NCBI GenBank assembly: GCA_965208125.1
Contig: OZ242320.1
Location: 5,056,001 to 5,120,000, forward strand
Direction: 5' to 3'
DNA: 64,000 nucleotides
From: Candidatus Latescibacterota bacterium
Lineage (GTDB): Bacteria; Latescibacterota; UBA2968
How positions within the stretch are numbered: the stretch's first letter is position 1; each line of letters starts with the position of its first letter. The notes beneath the pieces were generated by a model. The model worked only from the letters and a program-made list of their open reading frames with translations, did not search any database and was not told the DNA's origin. Made by a program: the position numbers and the translations under genes. Positions 1 to 8,893 of the stretch are shown in pieces.

Positions 1-797
1 ATCACCGCATACCCGCGATAGATATGGGGACTCGCATTCGTATAGAGAATCCCGTGATATCTATCCTGCCGAATGGCCCCGCGAAAGAAATCGTCCTCAA
101 TCCGCTTTTTTACATCTACCCCAACCGCATCGGACAATCGCTCCAGTTCACCACTCGTATAAATCGCATCATAGGCCATAACCAGATTGGTCGGCATTTC
201 ATCGTGCCGCCACCGCCCCCACTTTCCCCCATTATTTGGATAGGGCGGTTCAAACACAAATCCCTTTTGTTCGTGTGGCCGGTCATAACTCACCAGAAAA
301 CCCGGATAATACCGCGCGAATGCATCCAGAATCAGCGCCGCGCGTCGCGCATACGTCGCATCTCCTGTTGCCTGGTACAATTCTCCCAAATCTTCGGCAA
401 TCGCCGCAAAATACACACGCGCTTCTCGCCACGCCTTTGCCCGAAAGTAATACCGAAATCCCGTCTCGTCTTCCCAAAATGGATATGTCACCGTCTCCCC
501 CACCGGATTGACGACCGTTAGTATCTGGTCATCGGGATACGCCTCATTGGGAAACACCATCTCGCAATAGCGGCACTGCACGCGATGTGGATCTCTGATT
601 GACCACCGCAACTGCCCCTCCTGAGCACCCGCATCACAATCGGGACATCCCACAAATCGAAACCCCGTCTTATCGGGGATCAACGCCACCATCTCCGCTT
701 CAGAAAAAGCCATCACTGTTCGCACGCGCCGTTTCAAACGCGCGACTTCCTTCTCGGTTAAGCTCACCTGGTAAACCGGGCGTTCAATGGCTTGCAT
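1..797 (-). CDS. Heparinase II/III-like (polysaccharide lyase-type) protein, N-terminal part, runs off the window edge
   Basis: Not in the ORF track. Hand translation from ATG 797 (AGGAG RBS upstream) is open to the edge: MQAIERPVYQ...GCPDCDAG...QCRYCEMVFPNEAYPDD...LGELYQATGDATYARRAALILDAFARYYP; the LY..TGD..YA.RA..IL motif is typical of alpha/alpha-toroid lyases. Confidence 0.7.
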   Translation of the reverse strand, partial: MQAIERPVYQVSLTEKEVARLKRRVRTVMAFSEAEMVALIPDKTGFRFVGCPDCDAGAQEGQLRWSIRDPHRVQCRYCEMVFPNEAYPDDQILTVVNPVGETVTYPFWEDETGFRYYFRAKAWREARVYFAAIAEDLGELYQATGDATYARRAALILDAFARYYPGFLVSYDRPHEQKGFVFEPPYPNNGGKWGRWRHDEMPTNLVMAYDAIYTSGELERLSDAVGVDVKKRIEDDFFRGAIRQDRYHGILYTNASPHIYRGYAV

Positions 798-855
798 AGC
801 CGATACTCCTGTGAAAATTTGTATGGTAATTAGAAGAAATATACGTATTGACATT

Positions 856-2148
856 TTAATTTTCACCCTCATCCAAACGCGCGCGAAACCTGGGCAAAAG
901 AGCTGTTACCAGGGCGGTTGTAACCAGGGCGACACTGGTGTGCAAGCCGAGGGCGATAGGCGCGCCATAAACTTCGGTGAGTTTGCCAATTTGCAGGCTA
1001 CCAAGCGGTCCTGCGCCAATGGCGAGGACGAGAGTACCCATTGCGCGGTCTCTCATATCATCGCGGGCAGCGATAAGCATAATTGAGCTTTGCATCACGG
1101 TAAAAAATGCATGCCCCAGGCCGGCAAGTATGAGAAGAAAGATGGCGAGTGGAAATGCAACCGACGTGCCGAACAGAGTAAGCGCACCAACCCAGGACGT
1201 GCTAAAGGCAAAGACAAACAGCGCAAGAGACTGGAAAAGAGATCCAGCGGAAAATATCCAACCGCGACTGAGGCGCGAGCGCAACACACTGACCGCGTAA
1301 AGGCCAAAAAACGCCCCAATACCATTGCACGCGCCCAGCACACCGTATTCAAGTGGCCCCTTGTGAAGAATATCGTGTGTAAAAATGGGCAGGATGATCT
1401 GGTAGGGAAACGCCAGAAAATTCATGATTACGGTAATGAGTAGCGTCCCCATAATCGGCTGACTGGTACGTATGTATTGCAAGCCTTCGCGCATCAGCGT
1501 CCACGGAGAGGTTTTGAGAATCGCGGGATGACGCGGCACTTTGACACGCAGCATGACCAGGAATGAAATAAGGGAGATGAAAAAAATAGTGATATAACAG
1601 TCCAGTACGCCAAATAAAGCGTAAATATATCCGCTCAAAAAAGGACCAATCATGCGAGCGATATTTTGGGTAACGCTTTCGAGCATCATCGCTTCAACTG
1701 TGCGCTGCTTGCCGACCAGATCGGGCACCAGGGCGCGGCGAGCAGTCCAATTGAGAGACCACGAGATGCCAAATAACACCGCGCCAATCGCAAGATGCCA
1801 GAATGCCAGTCGGTTGGTCCAGATCAACATGCCTATCGTTGCGAGGACCAGTACGCTGAGCCACTGCGAAAAAATCACGATGCGAACGCGCCCAACGCTA
1901 TTGATCACTGGCCCGGCGATAAAACCGATGAGCACCAGAGGGATAGATCGGTAAAATCCAATCAGTGCGACGTCAAATGCAGAGTGGGTAATCTCAAAAA
2001 CGAGCCATCCCACGACAATCATTTCCATCCACATGGCCTGCCACCAGAGCATATTGCTCAGGATCAGGTAGCGAAAGCCGCGATTGCCCAAAGGGGCAAG
2101 AGACCCTCGAAAGGAAATGACAAATTTTCCCGTTCTTCTGATGCGCAT
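856..2148 (-). CDS. MFS transporter (MFS_3/DHA3-like)
   Basis: About 12 hydrophobic segments; FRYLILSN..WWQAMWMEMIV N-terminus; ARRALVPDLVG and MRDRAMG loops. Confidence 0.85.
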   Translation of the reverse strand: MRIRRTGKFVISFRGSLAPLGNRGFRYLILSNMLWWQAMWMEMIVVGWLVFEITHSAFDVALIGFYRSIPLVLIGFIAGPVINSVGRVRIVIFSQWLSVLVLATIGMLIWTNRLAFWHLAIGAVLFGISWSLNWTARRALVPDLVGKQRTVEAMMLESVTQNIARMIGPFLSGYIYALFGVLDCYITIFFISLISFLVMLRVKVPRHPAILKTSPWTLMREGLQYIRTSQPIMGTLLITVIMNFLAFPYQIILPIFTHDILHKGPLEYGVLGACNGIGAFFGLYAVSVLRSRLSRGWIFSAGSLFQSLALFVFAFSTSWVGALTLFGTSVAFPLAIFLLILAGLGHAFFTVMQSSIMLIAARDDMRDRAMGTLVLAIGAGPLGSLQIGKLTEVYGAPIALGLHTSVALVTTALVTALLPRFRARLDEGEN

Positions 2149-2224
2149 AGCCGAGTTTCAAACTCAAAATAATCCAATTTTCAGAGTGTGGAGAATGTCA
2201 CCGATCGCAATAGCCTCTGCTCTT

Positions 2225-2797
2225 TTACCGCCCAATCTCAAAATCACGCGCCACCGCCCGTGCCATGGTCACGAGCACATCGCTATCGATGCGCTCGCGA
2301 TAATTGGGATTAATATATTGAAATTGGATCTTGCGATTGGGTGCTATCACAAAGACCGACGGCACGGGCAAAGAGCGTTTTCTATTGTTCGTAAACACAA
2401 CGCCATAAGCCTTTGCTGCCTCAAATTCCACATCGGATAATAGCGCAAAATCGAGGCCCACGCGATCGCGCACCTCAGCCAATTTTTCAGGCGGGTCGGG
2501 CGCAATAGCAATAATTTCAAAACCCAAACCATCCAACTGTGACTTCAGTTCTTGCAGTTGTCCCAACTGCCGTCGGCAATGCGGTCACCAGTATCCGCGA
2601 TAAAAAATCAGAATCGTCGGTTTCTTGTGCGCACCCAGGTCAAAATCCCGTCCACTCGCATCGACGAGCGTCAGCGCGGGAACTTCATCGCCAACCATCA
2701 AGGGACGCACCTTATTCGGCGCATCGGGCAATTGCGCGTGCCCCCATCCAAAAGTACCAAACACCACCAACAACGCGATCCAGATTATTTTTTTCAT
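2225..2797 (-). CDS. Secreted peroxiredoxin-like (AhpC/TSA) selenoprotein with UxxC motif, 190 aa through UGA recoding
   Basis: ORFs 2585..2917 and 2225..2566 share one frame. Read-through gives FYRGYW-U-PHCRRQL (family motif FYRGxWCPxC). ATG 2797 has an AGGAGG RBS and a signal peptide; SECIS-like hairpin follows the TGA. Confidence 0.88.
2554..2587 (-). promoter_or_regulatory. Bacterial SECIS-like element
   Basis: TGA (2587-2585), 14 nt, then perfect stem GCAGTTG/CAACTGC with a G-rich apical loop (GGA). Confidence 0.75.
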
Positions 2798-2913
2798 AAA
2801 AACCTCCTGTATATTAACATAAGCGGTCAGTTCATCTATCCCTTCTCCGAGTTCTTGAAACTGCTGGTGAGGCGTCGCAGTTGTACACCGTCCGTACCTT
2901 TGTGTAACTCCTT

Positions 2914-4440
2914 TCACTTATCTGAGAAAAGTAGTAATTGATCAACTTCTGGCTCTCCCAATGATAGAATCTTCCTGATCTTCCCCGGCTGCGCCCAGTT
3001 GCTTTTTCCCTCTCCGTTGAGTTGTCTCAACAAAGCGGGAATACCCGGATGTTGAAGTGCAGAACAAACTCGTCTGGCATCGGCCTCATTCCAACAGGGA
3101 ATAAACGCTTGCAGGGCCTGGTTTGCTTGCCACACTTGCCCCTTCTCACTGCTCAAGATTATGGGATGAAAATCGCTCTTACCATAAGCCTCCCAAATAA
3201 CCTTATAGGACGCAAAAGAATACGGGCCAACGCCGAGCAACGACCACCAGACGCCTTTGGCAATGGCAGATCGGATCAAAGTGCCTTTCCGGCCTTCAAG
3301 TTTGTCTTTAACCTCAATAAGATATTGTTTGAGATCGGCATATTGCTCAATGGTATCCCACGAAAGCGGTTGTCCTGTATCTCTATTATAGGGAAGCAAA
3401 ACCCATTTATGCGGAACCCCGTCCCCATTCTTCCAGATCTCCTTTGTCGCGAGCGGAAATAGGAACTCCTCTGGCAGGTACGCTGGCTTATCCTCGAACA
3501 TGAAAATCGCATTTGCACCACACGTATTCACGCCCTGACGCGGTTTTTGGTCAGAAGACAGTTCGACTGTTATGGGGCTCTCGAGATCCTCTGTATCCCC
3601 GCGTTGAAGAACCCGCCACTGATCATCAGGGACCTTTAGGGGAACCGCACGGTGTTCAATCCACTCTCCTCCTCGCTCTCTGAAATACCTGACGGGGAAT
3701 TTATGCGGCACATCCATGCAAAACTTAGCACAGCAGTACGATGTGCCTATCCCTTCGAACACTTTTGTCGTGGTAAATTCACAGACCTCATCCACCGCAA
3801 ATCTCCGATGGTTCGCAATATAGTCTCTGAACCCTTTATGGGCATCGCCACCCGAGAAAAGAGAAAGTGGCAGATAGAAACACCCTATCCCATTCTCACG
3901 CAGTAAGTTGCCCAGCACAACCTTCAATACCAAAGCCGCTATATCGGTGCGAGAGGAACCGAGAAGAACCTGTTTTTTATCAGGAACCAGACCTTCTGAT
4001 TCAAAATAAGGCTTGAGTTTTTCCTTATATGAATCGCACAGATCCGTGAAATTTGCCCACGGCGGGTTGCCGAACAAGATGTCGTAATCGGTATTCGGAG
4101 GATTAGTAATCACATCTAAAGCGAGAAGTTGCGATGAGGGAAAATCAATCGCGAATTTCTGACGCGCTTTGTGCTGAAATGCTTGGAGATGCGACGACTC
4201 TACCTCTATCAAAGTCAGCCCCGAAAGAAGCTCTGGCGAAACCCGAACGCCTCTTGATCTGGCGAGACGGAACAGCGCGAGCGCGAAAGCGCCCTGTCCT
4301 GCAGTCGGGTCACAAATAGAAGCCCCATCAATCCACGCATCGAAAATACCCCACCGCTCGATAAGCCATTCTGCCCATTTAATCGGAGTAAAGACCTGCC
4401 CGACTTCAACGACGTGAGAATGTGAAATATTTGTATCCAT
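2914..4440 (-). CDS. N6-adenine DNA methyltransferase, type II (gamma-class motif order)
   Basis: GQVFTP, ICDPTAGQGAF (motif I), DILFGNPPW (motif IV), C-terminal TRD with YKVIW. Confidence 0.88.
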   Translation of the reverse strand: MDTNISHSHVVEVGQVFTPIKWAEWLIERWGIFDAWIDGASICDPTAGQGAFALALFRLARSRGVRVSPELLSGLTLIEVESSHLQAFQHKARQKFAIDFPSSQLLALDVITNPPNTDYDILFGNPPWANFTDLCDSYKEKLKPYFESEGLVPDKKQVLLGSSRTDIAALVLKVVLGNLLRENGIGCFYLPLSLFSGGDAHKGFRDYIANHRRFAVDEVCEFTTTKVFEGIGTSYCCAKFCMDVPHKFPVRYFRERGGEWIEHRAVPLKVPDDQWRVLQRGDTEDLESPITVELSSDQKPRQGVNTCGANAIFMFEDKPAYLPEEFLFPLATKEIWKNGDGVPHKWVLLPYNRDTGQPLSWDTIEQYADLKQYLIEVKDKLEGRKGTLIRSAIAKGVWWSLLGVGPYSFASYKVIWEAYGKSDFHPIILSSEKGQVWQANQALQAFIPCWNEADARRVCSALQHPGIPALLRQLNGEGKSNWAQPGKIRKILSLGEPEVDQLLLFSDK

Positions 4441-5077
4441 TATTCCTAAACTCTTCTAGTGATGCGATTCGCTTCATGGCGTCACTACTTACTCTCAGGT
4501 AATGCCGAATCGCAAGATTAATAAATAGCTCATAAAATTCCGTGATATCCCGATCCCAAGCGATTTCATCCCAAACTTGATTGACTGTGTAGTTGAGACG
4601 GACCTGACCAGTGCCAAGATTCTCGATTCTGTAGGCATCTTGAGGAAGCATGATGAAAGGTACAACACGGATGTATTCAATATCACGCGTGTTGCTTCGT
4701 TCTGACGACTTGTTGTGTCCAAACTCGGCGATCAGAAAGACTCCATTGTCATTGGCTAGAAACTTGAGAAGGTTTCCAACAGCACAGATACCTCCATCAG
4801 AATAGCGGGTCGAGTCCAAGTCCTTAGTCTTAACATCGATACCAACAAGAAAACCAGCCTCTTGAAAGGCGAAGTCAAAGATAGTACGTCTGCCTGGTCG
4901 ATCGAGAGCAGTATAACCAAGTTCTGAGCAGATACGCTCCCAGTTGTCAGTGATTCTTTTCTCGATCATCGCACCGAAGGCTCGGGAATCTTCGCGCTCG
5001 GATATGCCCGAGCGTAATTCCCCAAAAAGGTCAGATAGCTTTCCCTCAACTTCATCAGATACTATTTTTAGATCCAT
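4406..5077 (-). CDS. Putative type II restriction endonuclease (PD-(D/E)xK fold)
   Basis: FGAMIE...IFDFAF...GIDVKTK catalytic pattern; overlaps the methyltransferase start. Confidence 0.65.
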   Translation of the reverse strand: MDLKIVSDEVEGKLSDLFGELRSGISEREDSRAFGAMIEKRITDNWERICSELGYTALDRPGRRTIFDFAFQEAGFLVGIDVKTKDLDSTRYSDGGICAVGNLLKFLANDNGVFLIAEFGHNKSSERSNTRDIEYIRVVPFIMLPQDAYRIENLGTGQVRLNYTVNQVWDEIAWDRDITEFYELFINLAIRHYLRVSSDAMKRIASLEEFRNNGYKYFTFSRR

Positions 5078-5387
5078 GGCTACCCCTTTCATCATTTAAA
5101 TACGCATAAATACGCACATACTCGTATGTCAAAATCCAAACCGATTATACCCGCATGATAAATACCTGTCAACCGATTTGTAAAATTATCACCCGTTGTC
5201 CAAACTTCAGTAATATTATCCAAAATCAAGAAAACTTTTTGAGTTATGAAACGTCTATTGTAATAGAAAAAACACTTGACAAGCTTTATTCCTTGTTTCA
5301 CCTTGTTGCCGACTTTCTTCTTTCTATTCCAATCATAAGCTATTTTTTTAAATTTTCAAAAAATATTCATTTGTCTTTCATTAAACC

Positions 5388-6149
5388 ATGGAACAGCGAT
5401 ATCTTGATGACTTTTGGCAGATTGAAAGGCTGAGATTTACAGCCTTCATCCGGCCAGAGGCCGATACTCAATCTTACAAGTCTTGGATAGACCTTTTGGG
5501 GGAAGAGCCAGACAGGTTTTTCTTTTCCAAAAAAGAGAATCAGCTACAGGGAGAAGGTATATTCAACAATGGTAAACTTATTTCTCAGGTCCAACCGAAT
5601 CGATTTGACTGGCATTTTAGTTTTTTAGAAGCAGAGAAAGAAATTGAGGTAAAGGGAGAGAAAGCAGCAAAAATCTTACAAGAGCCTAATTTTCTAACGG
5701 TCGGGCCATTAAAAGAAGAAATCGTAAATCCTTTTAAGGAGTTGATGTTTTTCTGGCTGGAAGGTAGCGAGCAGATCATCAGATTGGCGTTTGGTGCAGT
5801 TTTACTGTGGAGAGTAGAAGACCAAACTGCCGGATATAAGAAGATCAACCGTTTTCTTCCCAACATCCATATAGATGTTGAATCCAGAGATTTTTTCTAC
5901 CAAATAAACCGACGTAGGCTCTCCAGAACAAAAATTTCAAGACTAGAGATCAATAGGCTTAGTAAGTGGTCTGTGGCGCGATTATTTCGTAGAGAAGCCA
6001 CATCTGGAAGTTCTGCATGTCGATTGGAACTGGATATTAACACAATTCAGGAGTTCGAAGAAACACTGCCAGTCAATAAATTATCAGATATTTTTCAGGA
6101 ATTACTTGATTTAGGAGTAGAAATCGCCCAGAAAGGGGACATACCATGA
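5388..6149 (+). CDS. Hypothetical protein, TIGR04255-like
   Basis: 253 aa; IIRLAFG and LELDINT...IFQELL patterns recall TIGR04255-type proteins; ATGA-coupled to the next gene. Confidence 0.5.
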   Translation: MEQRYLDDFWQIERLRFTAFIRPEADTQSYKSWIDLLGEEPDRFFFSKKENQLQGEGIFNNGKLISQVQPNRFDWHFSFLEAEKEIEVKGEKAAKILQEPNFLTVGPLKEEIVNPFKELMFFWLEGSEQIIRLAFGAVLLWRVEDQTAGYKKINRFLPNIHIDVESRDFFYQINRRRLSRTKISRLEINRLSKWSVARLFRREATSGSSACRLELDINTIQEFEETLPVNKLSDIFQELLDLGVEIAQKGDIP

Positions 6150-6721
6150 GTTCGCCAGAAGTTGTTCTTGAGTATGAACTGGCCTGGGAACATCAAGAAC
6201 GGTTTGTTTCCCAAACCGCTACTCAAATAGACTCCCGTCCGTCAAGAATACTCTCTTTCCCCGGCAATCAGGACAGTTTGGAAGATACCACTACAACGGA
6301 TATTAAAGTACAAAATAATCTGTGGGTTGCTACTCAAATTTTAACTGATGCTACGTTTTTCTATTCTAAGCCTTTAGTAAGAGATACTGAGAAGTCTATA
6401 GAGTTACTATCAGTGTTAAGAGCGAAGGATCAAGGGATAGGAATCCCTTATGATGTTCTCCAATTTTGTATAGAGAACAATCTATCAAAGTCATTGGCCT
6501 TGGCGCGGAAATTTGTTAACCAATGCTTCTCAGGGATCCAAGCACTTAAGTTACAGTTTGTTGTAGATCCAGAAGATGACGAGAAATGGGTTGAAATAAA
6601 TATTACAGTTCCAGATACTGCTAACTTTTTGACTGAGTATAATAACTACACTCGCCTATTGGTCGCCGAGATCCCTTGGCCCGAAAGAAATATGTTACGG
6701 TTCAATTTTAATTTTTCCTAA
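6146..6721 (+). CDS. Hypothetical protein, putative antitoxin partner of the HEPN protein
   Basis: 191 aa; S/T-rich N-half and a compact alpha/beta C-terminal domain (VVDPEDDEKWVEINITV); 3 nt before the HEPN gene. Confidence 0.5.
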   Translation: MSSPEVVLEYELAWEHQERFVSQTATQIDSRPSRILSFPGNQDSLEDTTTTDIKVQNNLWVATQILTDATFFYSKPLVRDTEKSIELLSVLRAKDQGIGIPYDVLQFCIENNLSKSLALARKFVNQCFSGIQALKLQFVVDPEDDEKWVEINITVPDTANFLTEYNNYTRLLVAEIPWPERNMLRFNFNFS

Positions 6722-6724
6722 CAC

Positions 6725-7159
6725 ATGGATCCAAAAGATTTTTTACGAGTAGCAAACGACTTGGCCCAATCGAATAAGGCAGCAGAATTGCGGTCTGCTG
6801 TAAGTCGTGCTTATTATGCAGCTTTTCATGTTGCTCGCAAACTCCTTGTTGATATGGGATTTGAGATTTCGAAAGGGTCTGGGGCGCACGGTGATATTTG
6901 TAACTATCTAGGGAATGCCGCCAATCCCACGGTGGAACACGCAGGAAACAATATCGGAGATTTAAAGGGGTGGAGAAACCAGGCTGATTATGAACTTAAT
7001 TCAGTCGAACACGAAAATTCGGGAAGTGTACAGAAGATAGTTTTCATTACCGAGCAAATTATAGAAGACCTAGAACAGTGCTGTAACGGATCAGACCGCG
7101 ACCAAATCAAGGGTGCAATTAGCAGCTATATCACAAAAATGGAGGGAGACACCGTTTAG
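6725..7159 (+). CDS. HEPN domain protein (UPF0332/COG1895-like), putative RNase toxin
   Basis: RSAVSRAYYAAFH and RNQADY motifs. Confidence 0.85.
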   Translation: MDPKDFLRVANDLAQSNKAAELRSAVSRAYYAAFHVARKLLVDMGFEISKGSGAHGDICNYLGNAANPTVEHAGNNIGDLKGWRNQADYELNSVEHENSGSVQKIVFITEQIIEDLEQCCNGSDRDQIKGAISSYITKMEGDTV

Positions 7160-7186
7160 CATAGGGTTTCCCATACCCATTCTTGC

Positions 7187-7245
7187 AAAAAAAGAACCGC
7201 GCTCAGACATCCATAAGTGGCGTCTAATTGCGGTTTTATTTTTTT
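7187..7245 (+). terminator. Hairpin with U-tract after the HEPN operon
   Basis: AAAAAAAGAACCGC...GCGGTTTTATTTTTTT. Confidence 0.55.
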
Positions 7246-7472
7246 ACCGACGCCCACCGAATCTCGACCACGCCGGTTTGCCCGACGATCCAAATCGCAA
7301 AGTAAACGGATGTCTCTGAGTCTGGACAGAGTATATCCGCATCAGGCCATCGCATCAGGGGCAGTGATGAATATGGACAGGATACTGGTACCTGTAGTAT
7401 TATCCTCACTGCCCTCAATTTAGCGGATTACCGCAACGCCCAGCTATTTAAAAAGAACAAGGAGATATTGGA

Positions 7473-7940
7473 ATGCAGCAGAAATTCATGGGCAGAGCCA
7501 TAGAGCTCTCCCGGATTCATATGAGGGCGAGAGCAGGAGGTCCATTCGGTGCGGTCATTGTCAAGGATGGAAAAATTATTTCGGAGGGATATAATGAGGT
7601 GATCTCCAGCAAAGACCCCACGGCCCACGCGGAGATCATGGCCATCAGAAAGGCGACATCCAAGCTCGACACCTTCCACCTTACTGGATGCGAAATCTAT
7701 ACCAGTTGCGAACCCTGCCCCATGTGTCTCGCCGCCATCTACTGGGCCAGAATCGAGAAAATTTATTTTGCCAATACCGCTGAAGACGCCAGGAATATTG
7801 GCTTCGACGACAAATTCTTTTACCAGGAATTACAACTGCCACGAGCCAAACGTCAAATCCCCTCCCATCAATTGCTGCGCGATCAGGCATTAGCGGTCTT
7901 CAGGGAGTGGCAAAAAAAGGTGGATCGCATTGAATACTAA
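7473..7940 (+). CDS. guaD: Guanine deaminase (CDA superfamily nucleoside deaminase)
   Basis: GGPFGAVIV, DPTAHAE, TSCEPCPMCLAAIYWA, GFDD. Confidence 0.88.
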   Translation: MQQKFMGRAIELSRIHMRARAGGPFGAVIVKDGKIISEGYNEVISSKDPTAHAEIMAIRKATSKLDTFHLTGCEIYTSCEPCPMCLAAIYWARIEKIYFANTAEDARNIGFDDKFFYQELQLPRAKRQIPSHQLLRDQALAVFREWQKKVDRIEY

Positions 7941-7981
7941 GGCGATTCCGCCGAATAAAAATCAGCCTTCAGTAATGCCCC

Positions 7982-8560
7982 TCAATTGTTAATTGCCTGT
8001 TGTGCTGCTTCCAGGAAAGTCGCATAGCTTCGTGTACCGCGAAACTTTCGGACAATCACACCTTTGGCATCAATAAAAATAGAAGTGGGAATGGCCGCAA
8101 CTTCATATTCCTTGGCAACATCTCCGTTTGAATCGAGAACAAAAGTCCAGGTGAATCCGCGGTATCGGAGAAAATTCTGCACAGTGGAAAGCGATTCTCT
8201 AATATCAATACCAACGATCAGGATATGATCGCCCATAGCCTGTTGCAGCTTTTCCATGTCGGGCATTTCGACACGACAAGGCCCACACCATGTCGCCCAA
8301 AAATTGAGGAAGACGGGCTTGCCGCGTTGTTCAGAAAGTTTGAAAGACTCACCGGTGATAGTTTTAAGGGTAAAATCGGGTGCTCTCTGACCCATTTGAA
8401 TACCAATAGGAACGGATGTAGCTGTTGTTTCCTGACTGGGAGATGAGACTGTTTGGCTGTCAGAAGACAGGTCGGGAGATCGGGTCGGTTTCTGGTTTTT
8501 GCCACAGGCCACGACAAAAAACGCCAGCACAAGGATTAAACCGATGGATAGATATTTCAT
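7982..8560 (-). CDS. TlpA/ResA-family thiol-disulfide reductase lipoprotein
   Basis: Lipobox VVAC; APDFTL; LNFWATWCGPC; IPTS. Confidence 0.9.
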   Translation of the reverse strand: MKYLSIGLILVLAFFVVACGKNQKPTRSPDLSSDSQTVSSPSQETTATSVPIGIQMGQRAPDFTLKTITGESFKLSEQRGKPVFLNFWATWCGPCRVEMPDMEKLQQAMGDHILIVGIDIRESLSTVQNFLRYRGFTWTFVLDSNGDVAKEYEVAAIPTSIFIDAKGVIVRKFRGTRSYATFLEAAQQAINN

Positions 8561-8710
8561 GGCGTTCTCCTTCGGTCAAGCGGTTTGAAAAATGGCATCG
8601 GCTACGTTTGTGAATAGATTGGGCGACCTCTACCAGTCTATGCTCTGACGAGACAAATACCATAAATAGTTTGTAATGCATACCACATCCCTTCTACCTT
8701 TACTGTGATA

Positions 8711-8727
8711 TGCAATATGCGTGCCAA
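8711..8727 (-). promoter_or_regulatory. Sigma-54 (-24/-12) promoter upstream of the TlpA gene
   Basis: Minus strand TTGGCACGCATATTGCA, exact GG-N10-GC spacing. Confidence 0.7.
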
Positions 8728-8893
8728 CGTAAATTTTTCTGGCAACTGTACTCATAAGATGTTATTTCTATTCAAAGTATAACTTTTTTAAAAAAATCCC
8801 AAGCGAATTTTATGTCTTTTGGCGGCTATAAAGTCTTAAAGGCTTTATATCGTCCTTTTAGAGCCGCCTCTCTGTCCTGTTAATATTGACCTC

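Noticed and set aside
7340-7420. Canonical purine riboswitch before guaD
   Set aside because: AATATGG is present, but the TTTCTACC junction and CCGTAAA loop are absent
8460-8700. Leader peptide under the sigma-54 promoter (73-aa ORF or 16-aa MWYALQTIYGICLVRA)
   Set aside because: No motif or clear coding signal; cannot be supported without expression data
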